From the NCBI GenBank assembly GCA_016748015.1, contig JAAOMT010000439.1:641527-705526 (forward strand): a stretch of DNA of 64,000 nt. The letters run 5' to 3'. This stretch comes from Geosiphon pyriformis uo1. Its lineage: Eukaryota > Fungi > Glomeromycota. Position numbers and translations under genes: made by a program. Positions 1 to 13,185 of the stretch are shown here, in pieces. Within the stretch, counting starts at the first letter, position 1. Each line of letters starts with the position of its first letter. Under the pieces are notes generated by a model. That model made no database searches. It was not told the DNA's origin and was given only the letters and a program-made list of their open reading frames with translations.

Positions 1-3000
1 TTTTAGAACCCAAGGAGGTAAAGTTGGGTGTGGACAAGATCATAAAAGGATAGACAAGGGAGTGTTCAGTGCTTTCTGATCTTTGGACCTGTCAGTATGC
101 GTCTTTGGATTATGTTCGGGATGATGCTTTTTCTGGTGTTATGTGTGTTGTCAATATGGACAAGTTGCTTCTAGTTGTTTTTAGTCTGCCTGATAGCAAG
201 ACTGCTGGTTTGTCTGATATTCCGAATAAGCTGTGGAAACATAGTGGTAAGGTGGCTCTGAGGTGCTTGTTGGAGCTGTTAAATATATGTTTGGCTGTTG
301 GTTTGGTGCCTGCTTTGTGGAAAAGGCGTGGATTTTGATGATTTCTAAGCCTTATGACTGAGATGAGGTTCTCACAAACACTCAGCCCATTGCTTTGATT
401 GAAACTGCCAGGAAAATCCTTTCTAAGATTCTGTCTAATCATATTTTGGTGGCTTGTAGCAAGTTTAATGTGCTTCAAGGTGACAATTTTTTGGTGTTGA
501 AGGGTATGTCTATACAATCTCCGGTGTTTGCTGTCAGGTCAATAATTGAAGATGCTCTTGAAAAGAATAGGGAAGTGTGATTGGTTTTGCAGGACATGCA
601 GAAAGCCTATGATTCAGTGGAGTGGCATCATTTAAGGACTAGCTTGCAGTGTATCAAGATGTGTGAAAGATTCATTAGGTTTTTTGGCAGTATTCATGAG
701 GACAGAGTTAACAGGGTAATGACTGATTTTGGTTTGTCTGGTGGTTATAGGGTACATGATGGACTGGATTAGAGTGAGGTCTTTTTGTCTCTTTTGTGGA
801 GGATTTTTTATGACCCTCTTTTGTGTGAAGTCAAGAGGCACGAACAATTGTGTGGATATCGAATTGATACTAGATTTGTTTTGAAGACTGGAAAAATTGA
901 GAGTGGTAGAAATCTCATCTCATATTTTTTAGCTGGTGCATTTGTTAATAATACAATCTGAGTTGGGAATTGTCAAGTCTCTACTCAGTATACTTTGAAC
1001 ATTGCCAATGAGTTTTTTGAGGTCAATGATATTTCTATCAACAGTGAAAAGACAGTGGCTATTCCCATTAATCAGGGTGTTAAAGTTGCTTCATTGAGTA
1101 TTTGTGGACAGCCTATTTTGATTGCTAAGAAGAACAAGACACATCACTATCTGGATATCTTTTTGTCTACTGAGGGGTTATCCAAACCAAGTGTTGCCAA
1201 AGCTCATACTGATGTTCGTTTTTTTGTTAATATTGTGCTTAGAAAAGTTATTATGGATAAGCAATTCTTATATTTGGTTTCAGCTGTCTTGCAGCCTATT
1301 GTCAGCTATTGTATTTAGTTTAGCTTTGTCCCTTCTAATGTTTGTCACAAGTGAAATGTATTGGTTAAGAAAGGCCTTAAGTCTAAAGCTTGTTTTTTCC
1401 ATGACTTTCCTGATGCCGCTTTACATCATCCCTCATTGTATAGCCTAAAACCATTTGAGCAGATGCAGTCTGAAGGGAAGATGGCTGCTCTGATAATGTT
1501 CTCTAATGCCCCTGGTATTCTTGGGCATTTGTTTAATCATAGATTTTTGGATTTGCAAGTTCTGGGTTGGGCTTTTCTAGACTCTTTGTAGTTTCCTGTC
1601 AGGTTATGTGTTAGTTTGGTGAACAATTTTCTAGTTGGGTTGGTTAAGATTTTTTTGGACAATGAGCTGTCTTTGGTAAACAATTTCCCTACTGTTTTTC
1701 ATAATCCTGGCCATTTTCTTTTGTTTTCTATTCTTGGAAAGTCTCTGTACTTTAATTCGGTCAAATCTCTTAAATGTTTTGGTGTTGTCTTTGGTAATTG
1801 GCTTTTTGATAAGAAAGATGGCTTGTTGGATTGGAAAACTTTTTGCCATTGGAAGAGATTGGATCCATGTGGTCTTGTGCCTCATTGGTTTGTGGTTGTA
1901 TCTGAGTTTTTTCTGGGTAAGAGGTTCTCATTATCTGGCACTACTGGTTCTGTTGAGCTACATAGGTTGGATGTATTAGGGTCTAGTAAGTTTTCTGCTA
2001 TAAAGAATGAATTGCATAATGTTTGGTTAGACTTTTTTGAGGTTTATACAGATGGGTCTTTGAAAAATGCTGGCTCTGCTGAGATTGCTGGTAGTGCTGC
2101 TACATACTTTCCTGCCTTGAATCTGAGTGTTGGTGTTGCAATTCGGGGCTTTTTGTCTTCTACCATGGCCGAATTGCAGGCTGTTGCTTTGTCTTTGGAA
2201 TGTGTTCCTTTTTCTAGTACTGTAGTGTTGTATCTTGACAGTCAGGCTGCCATTAATGCATGTGTATCTGAGATGTCTTTTGCCACTCCCAATTTCTGTA
2301 ATCAATGCTGGTTTGAGAGGCATCATATTTTTAATTTAGTTAGGGATAAAGATCTTAATGTGAGTTGGGCTAAGATTAAAGGCCATTTTGAGATTCCTAG
2401 TAATGTGAAAGCCGACTTGGCTGTTGGGGCTGTCTTTGGGTCTCCCTTTTTACTGTCAGCCAATATGCATGAACATTTTTTGGTTGTTGAGAATACTGCT
2501 GTTTTTGGTAATGCCTGTCATTTTGTCTGGAATATTTTTCAGTCTGTTTGTTATGCTCATTGGGAAGCTGGCTCTGGCTGCAATTTGGTTCCAAATGTAA
2601 TGGTTGGTTGTGTGAACTGAGTTGCTACTGCAAAAGTGTGACATCTTAATTCTTATATGCTCACTGGTTTCACTAGTCACAAGTCTTCAATACTTCATTC
2701 TTATATGATAAAAGCTGTGCACAGGAGATTACCAGTGGTGGTCAGGAAGAGGCTGTATAATAAATATTACCCTGATGTGCTGTGTCTGCTGTGTGGTGGT
2801 GTGGAGTTTTCTGATCATGTTTTTACTTGTGTTTGTGAGTTTGACATTCACAATAAGATCTTGGCTAAGGCTTCTACTCATTGGTCTGCTTTGGCTGGTG
2901 TTTTTGATTGTTGTTTATCTGCTGTATTGTGGGTCCTATCTCAATGTTCCATCAATGTTGAGTTGTATGCTTTGATCTACAGGGGTTTGTGCTGGATGAG

Positions 3001-3327
3001 TGGCATAGAAAGGCTTGTTGTGTAGTTGATAACTGAAAATTGGCTGTTGCTTGGATTGTTGATTTTATAAGGTTTATTGTAAAGTTGTATTGTACTAGGG
3101 TGTGATTGATAAGATCTAGCCATCAAGTGGTGATGGAGAAGACTGGTTTGGTTCAGGATGGTGGTGTTGTTTCTGGGCTTTCTCGTGGTGTGTCTTCTTT
3201 GTTTTCTGATGGTGTTGTTAGGTTGCTTGGTGTGGCTGAGTCTTTTGCTGTTAGTTTTGGTTGTTGAAAGCCATGTAGTTTTTTCTCTAGTCTGGGAGGT
3301 AGTGTACAGGTTATTATAGGTGTGTAG
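1..3327 (+). pseudogene. LINE ORF2 (RT-RNase H-CCHC) with many premature stops
   Basis: ORF fragments 395-3025 are collinear with ORF2 of copy 2; stops arise from TGG/CAA/CGA codons. Confidence 0.93.
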
Positions 3328-3463
3328 TGTTGTTTTGACTGGCCTGAATGACTAGTCACATGTAGTAAGTGCATGAATCACATTTAGTTTGAGTTTCTTA
3401 GTTTGGCTCTATGTACTAGATAGTAATTGGATTTCACTTGTTAAATTCTTTAATAAAAAAAAA
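1..3463 (+). mobile_element. LINE (non-LTR retrotransposon) copy 1, 5' part outside window, ends in poly-A
   Basis: RT motifs (PIALIETARK, LQDMQKAYDSV), RNase H (VYTDGS, AELQA, YLDSQ), C-terminal CLLCGGVEFSDHVFTC, stop at 3325-3327, 3'UTR shared with the other copies, A-run ending at about 3463. Confidence 0.95.
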
Positions 3464-5765
3464 ATTAAGAGTATTTATTTAAAATAGATTTTATTATTAT
3501 TATCTATTTTATAATTACTATTAGCCAATAAAGTTTTGTTTTGTTTTTATTTAAGTTAGTTTTTATGTTAAAAAAATTATTAATATTATTAAAAAATCTG
3601 CTTAAAAATATGTTTTATTATTATTTAAGTATTTAATATTGCCAATTAAAATAGTTTGTTTTTAAAAAATTGTATTATTAATAAAATTATAAATTAATTT
3701 CTTAACCTTTTTTTTAATTATATTATTACTTATAACAATTACCAAATTTATTATAAAAGAATTTGTATTTTAGAAAATTATAAAAAAAATAACAAAAAAA
3801 CAAAAACTTTTTAACAAAATATTGTTTTTTAAAGAATTTAAAATATATATAAAAAAAGTTTTTTAAATTTATTATAATTTTTTTTATTATATTTAACAAA
3901 TAAAACCTAAATATATTTTAATACAATACATTAAATTAAGTAATTAAATTAGATATAAATCATGTATTTTCTATATATAACCAGTCATTTAAGTTAGTAA
4001 AAGCAATACTACATTAAAACAAAAAAAGTTAAAAATAAATTAAAATCATAAATTTTCTTAATAATATTATTTAAATTTCTAGAATTAAAGATAAACTTAT
4101 TAAAAAACAATCTAATTGTTTTAATATTATTTCTGATTTTAAGATATAATATATATTATAAAGTAACAACATGCTTAATAGTGTTTTTACTCAAAAAAAA
4201 AACTTCACAACCAATATTTTATTATAATTTATTTTATTAGTATGTTTATTTAAAAAATTAGTAACCAGAATAACCAGAAAATTAATAAATTTAATAACAA
4301 ATTTTATCAAAATAATCAAATTTAAGATTTGAAATTCCAAAAAGTCCAACTTAAATTTGATAATAGAATTAGTTATAAATAATACCAAAAAAACAACAAA
4401 AAAAAAGACAAAAAATTAAAAGTTTTAGCATAAAACTTTATATTAATAAAAAAAATACAGAAAACTTAAAGTTAATAACAAATTTAATAAACAATCTAAG
4501 AAAAAAAAAACAATAATATTTTATAATTTTTAAACAAATAATCTAAATTTTAACATTTATAATAGCAACAATATCTAAGAGTTTCTTATTAGATACAATA
4601 TTTGTACAAAGTTTTAGTTTTAGTTATAGGAAACTTTAATATTTTATAAGATTTAAAAATAATAACAGTAATATATTAATAATAATAAAAATTAGAAGAA
4701 CAAAAAACAGATATAATTACTAATTTAAAAATTATATTACTTATTTTAAAAGCAATACAACTAAAAAAAATTGACCAATTTGGTTTTAAAAAAATTTTTT
4801 AAGATAAATTTTTTTTTTGATTAAAGAAAAAAAAATCTAAATATTGTTTTTTTAATTAATACAAACCAATTATTAAAAACAGTAGTATATTTTTACAAGT
4901 TAGTAAACTTTAATTTTATTAAAATAACACCAAAAATATTAAAAATATTTTTAATATTATTAAGAAATATGCCAAAAGAGATATTATAAAGTATAATAAA
5001 AGTGAAAAAAAAGAACCAAAAGTTATTACAGAAAATTTCACAATCTTAAGTTTGGTTGAAAAAAAAAATCATTAATAAAAACTTAAATAAAAGCAATTAA
5101 AAAAGTCTTAAAAACAAAATTTATACAGAACAATTTAATATTGTTTTGAAACTAACTTGAATTCAACAAAGTCAGACAACAGATAAAACAAAGAATGAAT
5201 AAAAACCAATTTGGTTTTAAAAACAGAATTAAACATCAACATATAAACTACTTACTCAAAAAATTTTTAACAACTAAAAATTGTTTTTTAAACAGTATTA
5301 GAAAACAAAATAAAAAAATTGATTCAGTTTTTATTTAATTAACCCAGTTTTTAAAACTAACAATATAGTTAATAATCAATTTTGGTTTATCTTAAAAAAC
5401 ATATTATTGTTATTGTTATTTATATTAAAAAAAGAACTAAATAGTACTAAAAAATTTTTATTTAAGATTTTATCTAAAACCATAAAAAAATTTAATATAA
5501 TAATAGTAAACATAAATAATTATTACTGTTTTTTTTTTTTTGGTCATTTGTAAAATAATAATGATAATATTAGTAATAAAAACAAAAAAAACCAATTTGT
5601 TAATTAGTTTGTTATTAAAAACTTTGAAGCTTTTAGAAAAATAAAAACAATATTAGAATTGATTTAAATATCTCTTAAAAAAAACTTTGATTGAAAAATT
5701 ACTAGTTTTAGATGAAAAAAATGTTTTAAAAGTTATCAAAAACAGCTTTTTATTATTAATATTTT
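3464..5765. other. Extremely AT-rich tract, probably a decayed TE; contiguous with 40136-41420 before the LINE insertions
   Basis: Almost no C/G and no credible ORFs; TSD analysis joins it to 40136. Confidence 0.5.
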
Positions 5766-5920
5766 AAAAAATATTGGAAATTAAAAAAACTTTTTTCTCT
5801 CTTTCGTCCCAAATTCCTGAAAAAGAGTCAAATTTTGAAAAAAGTTTTTTCTGTTTTTGCATACTGTCTTCCACTATTTTACAAGAATCAAACCCTTTTT
5901 TTGTTGGACCAACTGCCACT

Positions 5921-7783
5921 ATGAGTGGTCCTAGTGCTAAGAGAAGGTCTGCTAGAGTCTTGACCACTGGTTCAGTTGGTGGTGGCTTAATTCAAAAAGT
6001 CAAGAAGTCTCTCAGTAGTGTTAAACTATCAAGTATGAATAAGAATCTCAAAGATGGTGGGCCTATTAGTGTGGACGGGCAACTTACTAGTATGGATATG
6101 GATGGAGAAGCCTCTGATGGTAAAACCACTTCTGACTCCTAAATAAATATGCCTAATGTGAAGCATTTCAATACTGGTGCGGCTATCGGTTCCCCTCTTG
6201 GCTCTATTAATTATGATATGGATGATGAGAAGGAGGTTTCTCTTCCTTCCTATTTGTCTTTCTCTTTGAAAAAGATGTGAGTGGACCCCAAAATTGTTAA
6301 AACTCAGGTGAAAGTAGCTGTAAAGAAATCTTTTGCTTTGGACATCAATCTTTCGGCTGTAAAAGAGAAATCAGCAATGGCTAAAACTCAGGTCATAAAG
6401 AAATTATTTTCAGGTATTAATGGTTTTGGGGGGGCCACTATCCTCTCAAAATTTGAAGAGATCATCAGATCAACATTTACTTCATCAGAAAGCATGAAAA
6501 AGGCTGTGTCATTGGCCAGAAATAATAACATTATTGTGAACAGCAATCTTAAGAAACAAAGAATTCGCTCAGATTGGACCATAGTAATCAAAGAAATTCC
6601 CATGAATACGCCAAAGGAAATGATCGTCGCCGCAGTATCCGAGTTTGGAAAAATTGAGTCAATCAAAATCTAGTTGATTGGTTTATGGCAAAAGGCTGTG
6701 GTGAAATTTGCCAAACTGGAACAGGCTGTGTCTTTGGCTGCTAGGTGGTCCTTCCTGATTGGTAAAGACTCAGTTTGTGTGACTATGGCAGTGGACAATC
6801 ATGAAACTTGGGCATCTAAAGATCAGTTCAGGGCATTTTTGTTTACTTTGCCAATAGGAACTACTGCTCATAATCTTGAGGATCTTCTTAAAAGAGCTGG
6901 TGGAAAAACTTGTGTCATAAATTGGTTATTGAAGACTGGTAATAGGGTCTGCTGTGCTGTTGTTTGTTTTGATTCTGATGAGGTTTTGGAGTCAGCTTTT
7001 TGCACGGAGCCAATCTTTGATGGTATGAAATTCTCATGGGCTAGACTGGATTTGGTTCACTGTGAATGATGTGAGAAGTTTGGTCATTCTGCCTTGGAAT
7101 GTGATGCTGAGGTTGTATCAGCCCTCAAATCTTCAAAGTTTTTTATAAGGCCTGCCAACCTAAAAAATTGTCTCCAGCTGGCCAAATTGTATGCAAAAAA
7201 GAATGTACCAATCTCTCGTCCTGTTGCCTTTGGTGGCAAATCTTGGGCTCAAGTGGTTTCAGTTGCTTCGGTCTCTCATGGTTTTCATGCTGGTTCTGGT
7301 TCCGGTTCCCCACCTTCCAGTGCTTTGAGTTCGGGTGGGGCACCTCCCTCTCTACCTGTGGTCGATTTTCCTTTGAGTGCTCGCTTGGCGCTTCTGGAAT
7401 GCTCTGTGGAGCTTTTGTCTAAGCAGATTTCAGACATTCTTTCTCGTCTTGACAATGTTGGTTCAGCACCCTTGGCGCCTTCCTCTCAAATGGCTTCTTC
7501 TGTGGTTGTTTCTCAGTTCCCAACCTCTGCTCCTCTTGTGGTTGCAAACTCCGACTTAGATTTTGACATGGCAGTTGATAATCCTGGTGTCCGGCCTACT
7601 TCTTTTTCTCCAGGTGTTGCCAATTTGCTCTTGGGTCTGAGTAGTTCCAAAGTCCTAACTTTCAAAGTTGGTGGTTTAGAATCAAAGTTGGTTGCCCTCG
7701 ACATCTCTGTTGGTTCAATTTTGGCTAAGTTGGATCAGTTGTGTGCTGGCTCGGGTTCTTTGATTATCTCTTCATCACAATGA
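5921..7783 (+). pseudogene. LINE ORF1 (RRM-like domains, CCHC knuckle, C-terminal coiled coils) with in-frame stops
   Basis: Fragments 5774/6281/6674/7094 share one frame; IKEIPMNTPKEMIVAAVSEFGKIESIKI (RRM-like), CE*CEKFGHSALEC, heptad-like LALLECSVELLSKQISDIL. Confidence 0.85.
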
Positions 7784-10700
7784 CCAGTTTTATTTGTAAA
7801 ATTGCCACATATAATATTAGGGGAATGAACAATCCTGCAAAACAGGAGAACATTTTTCGCTGGCATAAGAAATCTGGTAGTTTGATCTCGATTGTTATGG
7901 AAACCAAGTTGTGTTCCAGTTCACAACCATGGATCATGAAAAGGTTTGAGGGTGTTCGGGTTTTTATGTCTGGTCTGGATGTTGGGTTTCGGGGGGCTGG
8001 TATGGCCATTTTTGTGAACAATTCTCTGGCTTGTTATGTTTCTAAAGTCAAGGAAGTAAAGGGCAGAGTTCTTTCAATTTGTTTTTTGTTCAAGGACAAG
8101 CTTTCTGTGTCTATCATTGGACTATATGCTTGTGTGTCTGGTGGCAATCATTTTGCTCAGGCTCTTATTGTTAATTCATTCATTGCTGATACTGTCAACA
8201 AAAGTTCTTTTGTTGTTATAAGTGGGGACTTCAATGAAGACAATTCAGTCAAGGGGGTAAGTCTTAAAAAATGTTTAAGTTTGGGTCTAGTTGATATTTT
8301 TGGTGGCCACTCTCTAGCTAGGGTTCCTACTTGGAGCAATTTAAGGGGCATTAGCAAGATTTTGGACTATATTCTAATTAGTGAATTTTTGATTTCAGCT
8401 GTTGTAGATCATAAAGTTAGTTCTGTCTTGGAATTTTTTAACACGGATCACTTGGCTGTCTTGATGTCTATTGGGCTGGGTGGTCTTTTGGATGCTTGTT
8501 TGAACAGCATCCATAAGCACACTAATAAGGATCACTGGAAGTTTAAGGTTAAAGATGCTGATGAGAAAAAGTGGGTGCATTTTAAAGAACTTTCTGAGTG
8601 TGTACTTTTGGGTTCTCTGGATAGGTTCAAGATGGCTGAGAATGGTGGCAACTTGAATGGAATGTGGGAGGTGCTAGCTGAAGCCATGACTGCTTCTGCT
8701 AAGGAAATTTTTTCAAAACATTGGTATAGTGAATTTGATTGTGCTAAGAATAAACTTTCTTCTAAGTTTTCCAGATTAGAGCTGTTGGTTGCCAAGTTAT
8801 TAAAAATGCTGAGACTGGATGATACGTTGGGCTTTAATTGTCTGGCTGATACTTGGTTTAAAGTTGACTCTTCCAAAGCTTTCAAAGTTCTTGGTATGGT
8901 CAGGGATGGTGTGGGTTCTGCTGGCTTAATAAGTCATCTTTCAAAGATTAGAAAGCAATATAGAAAGTTCAAATATTATGAATCTGAAATGGCCAAAAGA
9001 TCTGCTATTAGAGACGCGATTAATAAGCGTATTGAAATGTTCAATACGAATAAAAGTGAGATGATTCAGAGCATCTTGGAGTGGCCCTTTCACAAAGTTG
9101 TTCTAGACTATTTGGTTGTTGATAACTCTTTTATTTTGGAACCTAATGAAGTGAAGCTCAAAGTGGATAACATTATGGTTAATTAGACCAGAAAGTGAAA
9201 TGCTTTTCCTGTCCTGTCTGGTCCCTGGGCACAACAATATGCCCCTTTGGCTTATGTTAATAATGGTGCCTTTAGTCGGGTTATGTGTGATATTACCATG
9301 TGTGAAATGTCTTCAGTTATAAGCAATCTTCCTGATGACAAAGCTGCTGGTTTGTTTGGTATCACCAATGAACTTTAGAAACATTCTGGCTGTTTGGTTT
9401 TGGAGTGTTTGTTGTCTTTGCTGAACTCTTGTTTGTGTTTTGGTAATGTTCTGGTCCATTGGAAAGAGGCCTAGGTGTCCATGATTCCTAAGCCTTATGA
9501 TTGGGATGGCATTTTGTCAAATATCCGGCCTATTGTATTGATTGAGACAGCCAGAAAGATTTTGTCAAAAGTTCTCTCAGATAGGATCTCTCTTGCTTGT
9601 AGTAAGTTTGATGTTCTCTGTGGTAACAACTTTTCTGTCCTCAAAGGCATTTCCACTCAGTCACCAATTTTAGCTGTGAGTTCAATTGTGAAAGATGCTT
9701 TGAAAAAAGGCCATGAACTTTGGCTGGTTCTTCAGGACATGCACAAAGTGTATGATTCTGTTGGTTGGTCTCATTTGGAAGCTAGTTTATGTCATATCAA
9801 AATGTGTGGCAGGTTCATCAAGTTTTTTGGCAACATTCACAACAATCGCTTCAACAGAGTCATGACAGATTTTGGCCTTTCTGATGGATACAGAGTTCTT
9901 GATGATTTGGATCAGGGTGAAGTTTTCTCACCTTTTCTATGGAGAATTTTTTACGACTCCTTGTTGTGTAAAGTTGCGAGACAAGATCATTTGTGTGGTT
10001 ATTGGATCAATTCAAACTTTGTGACAAAGTCTGGAAGGATTGAGACTAGTGGGGGTATGACTTCTTTTTTCACGACTGGTGCCTTTGTTGATGACACTAT
10101 TTGGGTGGAAAATGGGCAAGTCTCTACACAGCACATTCTTAATGTGGCCAGTGAGTTTTTCCTTATCAATAACATTAATATAAACAACGAGAAGACAGTT
10201 GCCATTCCTATCAACAAAAGAGTGGGGGTTCCTGTTTTATCTATCAATGACCAGGCCATTGCTGTTGCCAATCCCAGTGTGAGTCATCGATATTTGGGTA
10301 TTTTCTTGTTTACTGATGGCTTATCTAAGTCAAGTCTTGCCAAAGCCAATTCAGATATTAAGTTCTTCTTAAACATGGTCCTCCAGAAGGCTGTCTCTGA
10401 TAAACAATTTTCTTATCTGGTTTCGGCTGTTTTGCAGCCCATAGTCATTTATTAAACACAGTTTAGTTTTGTTTCCAAAGCTGTTTGTCTAAAATGGAAC
10501 ATTCTAATTAGAAAAGATTTTAGGTCAAAAGCCAATTTGCCGAGGGACTTTCCCAATAAAGTGTTGTACCACCTCTCTCTTTATGGACTGAAATTTTTTG
10601 AACAGTTGCAAGCTGAATGCAAAGTAGCTTCCATTGTGCAATTTGCGAATTCTTCTGGAATTCTTGGCCAACTGTTCGAACATCGATTTTTGGATTTGCA

Positions 10701-12465
10701 GATTTTGTGCTGGGCTCCACTGAATCCTTTTTAATATCCTGTTAAGTTAAGAGTGAACACTTTAAACAATTTTCTGGTGGGTGTGGTTTGTATATTTCTT
10801 GACAACAAGCTATCTTTGGATAACAGGCTTTCTTGTGCTTTTTGCTCTTCTGACCATTTCCCAATGTCATTGGTATTGGATGATTCTTTGTATTTCAATG
10901 TGGTTTGCTTCTTGAAAATTGCTGGTGTGGCATATGGTGACCAACTTCTGGACAAAAATGGTTTGGTTGTTAGTTGGCATACGTTTCGCCGATGGAAAAG
11001 GCTTGGTTCTAGAGGCCCTGTGCCTTTATGGTTTTTGAAGGCCTCTACTCACTTGAATAACTGTTTGCATGCTCCCTCTCTTGCGAGTTTAACTTCTGTC
11101 TGTGCCAGTGTTTTAGATTCGACGTCTTTTGCTGATATTTGTGAAGAGATTCATGAATTGTGGGCTAATGAGATTGATGTTTATACTGATGGTTCTCTTA
11201 GGGGCTTGGGTACGTTTCAGGTAGTGTGTGGTGCTGCTGCTTATTTTCCTAGCTTGAACAAAGATTTAGGAGTGAAGGTACATGGTGTGCTGTCTTCGAC
11301 CCTGGCTGAGTTACAGGCTGTTGCCTTGGCTCTGGAGTGTGTTCCTGCCTCTGTTTCAGTGGCTTTGTACACAGATAGTCAAGCGGCTATTGATGCATGT
11401 GTGGCCGAATTGAGTTTCTTGCAGCCAGATTGTCACAATAGTTGTTGGATAGAAAGGTGCCATGTGGTTGATTTGATTAAATCCAAAGATCTGACTGTCC
11501 ATTGGATCAAAGTCAGAGGTCATGCTGGCATTGCTGGTAATATTGTGGCTAACGCTTTTGCTGAACAAGCTGCACACTCTAGGGTTTCTCTCCCTATCAG
11601 GATTGATTGTAGATATGTGGTTGCTGATGGCAGGCCGGTTTTTGGTAATGCCCGCTATTTTGTGCATGACATTTTTCATTTCATTTACAAGTTTCAGTGG
11701 GAGGTGGGTCCTGGCCAAGGAGTTTTGTCTTGTTTGTTTGGTTTGGTTGTCGATTGGAATAGTACTGCTTTAGTTTGGCACCCTGACTCTCATATGCTCT
11801 CTGGGAGTACGTGTCAAGCCACTGCTGCTCTTCATATATACTTTATGAAAGCCGTTCATTTCAGGTTGCTTGTTGCTGTTCGAAAGAGATTGTATAATAA
11901 GGATTACCCTGGTGTGTCATGTCTACTTTGTGGTGATGTGAAACTCCCCGATCACGGCTTTACTTGTGTTAAGGATGCTTCTGTGCAGTTGGATATTTTG
12001 GGTAACTTTGGTGGTTTGTGGAAAACTCTGATGGGTCTTGATCTATTGTCATCTTCTTTTGTGCTGCGAGATCTCTCTCTGGGGGTGTCTGATGTTGGTT
12101 TGTATTCGATTTTTTGCAAGGGATTTGTTCTCAAGAGTTGGATGGATGAGGCCATTGCTTCTTTCGGTAACAAGAAAAAAGTGGTCTTTGTGGTGATGGA
12201 TTTCGTCCGTCATTTGGCTGAGAGTTATAGGACAAACCTCTGGCTTTTTAGAACTAAGTTCAGATCTGACATGAAGAGGTGTGATTTGATTGGTGATAAC
12301 ATTGTTGTGACCAGTGCTCTTGGTGTGGGTGCTCTGCCTCTCTCAGTTGGTGCAGTCTGTCTTACTGGTGTGTTGGATTCTCTTGATGTCAGTTTTGGTT
12401 TTAGGGATAGGTTCTTGTTTTTTTTTGGTGCTGTTCATAGAATTAGTGTTTCTATAAGTGTATAG
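7780..12465 (+). pseudogene. LINE ORF2: AP endonuclease, reverse transcriptase, RNase H, CCHC (about 1561 codons, one frame, in-frame stops)
   Basis: APE motifs ATYNIRG, ETK, GDFN, LDYI, TDH; RT DQGEVFSP and AFVDD; RNase H VYTDGS, AELQA, YTDSQ, KVRGHAG; CLLCGDVKLPDHGFTC. ATG overlaps the ORF1 stop (ATGA). Confidence 0.95.
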
Positions 12466-12493
12466 TGTTGTCTTAATTGGCTTGAGTGGCCAG

Positions 12494-13167
12494 TGTTATG
12501 GTTTAAGAATTTAGCAAAAAGAATCATAAAAATAATACAAACTATTCAATCATAATATAGCACAGTAATAATCTTAGAAAGGTAATGATTAACATAGTAG
12601 CAAACACCATCTTGTGATAGTGGCAAGCACCAGTTCACAATAGCAGCCAACACCAACTGGTGATAGCAGCAAACACCAGGTTGAAATATCAAAAAGAAAG
12701 TATTNNNNNNNNNNNNNNNNNNNNAAAGTATTAAGAAACTTACTTGTATTATTTATTGAATGAAACTATCATTCATCAACTGAATCCCTTGGAAGAATAA
12801 TCCTTGATTAAGATTATTCATGTTGTTACTAATTGATAAAAGCTTTATTGTGAGAATTAGAAAAGTGCTAAAGACCATTAACATTCTGTGTTTCTAGATT
12901 AAAAAAACACATCAGGCAATTGCAAGAATAGCCTCAGAGAAGACCCCAGACAGTGGGTAGATTTCAGTTCAGCCTCTGAGAAGGAGTACATAAACACACA
13001 CAACAATCAAGAATTAAAGAATAACTTACATCACAACAGTAAAAAGAAAGCCTTTAGTGTAACAGTGACATTATCACACAAATAGAATTAAGGAACTCAC
13101 AGAAGACTGATTGCAATTAAAGCGGGATATCAGCAATTAAATATAACAAGAAAACCATCCCGTAATA
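12494..13167 (+). repeat. 5' LTR of Gypsy A (contains an N gap)
   Basis: Near-identical to 21367-22247 and 61159-62025; terminal CA is mutated to TA. Confidence 0.93.
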
Positions 13168-13169
13168 TT

Positions 13170-13185
13170 TGGTGAATCCTACAAG
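13170..13185 (+). promoter_or_regulatory. Putative primer-binding site of Gypsy A
   Basis: TGGTGAATCCTACAAG starts 2 nt after the LTR end; TGG is complementary to tRNA CCA. Priming tRNA not identified. Confidence 0.7.
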
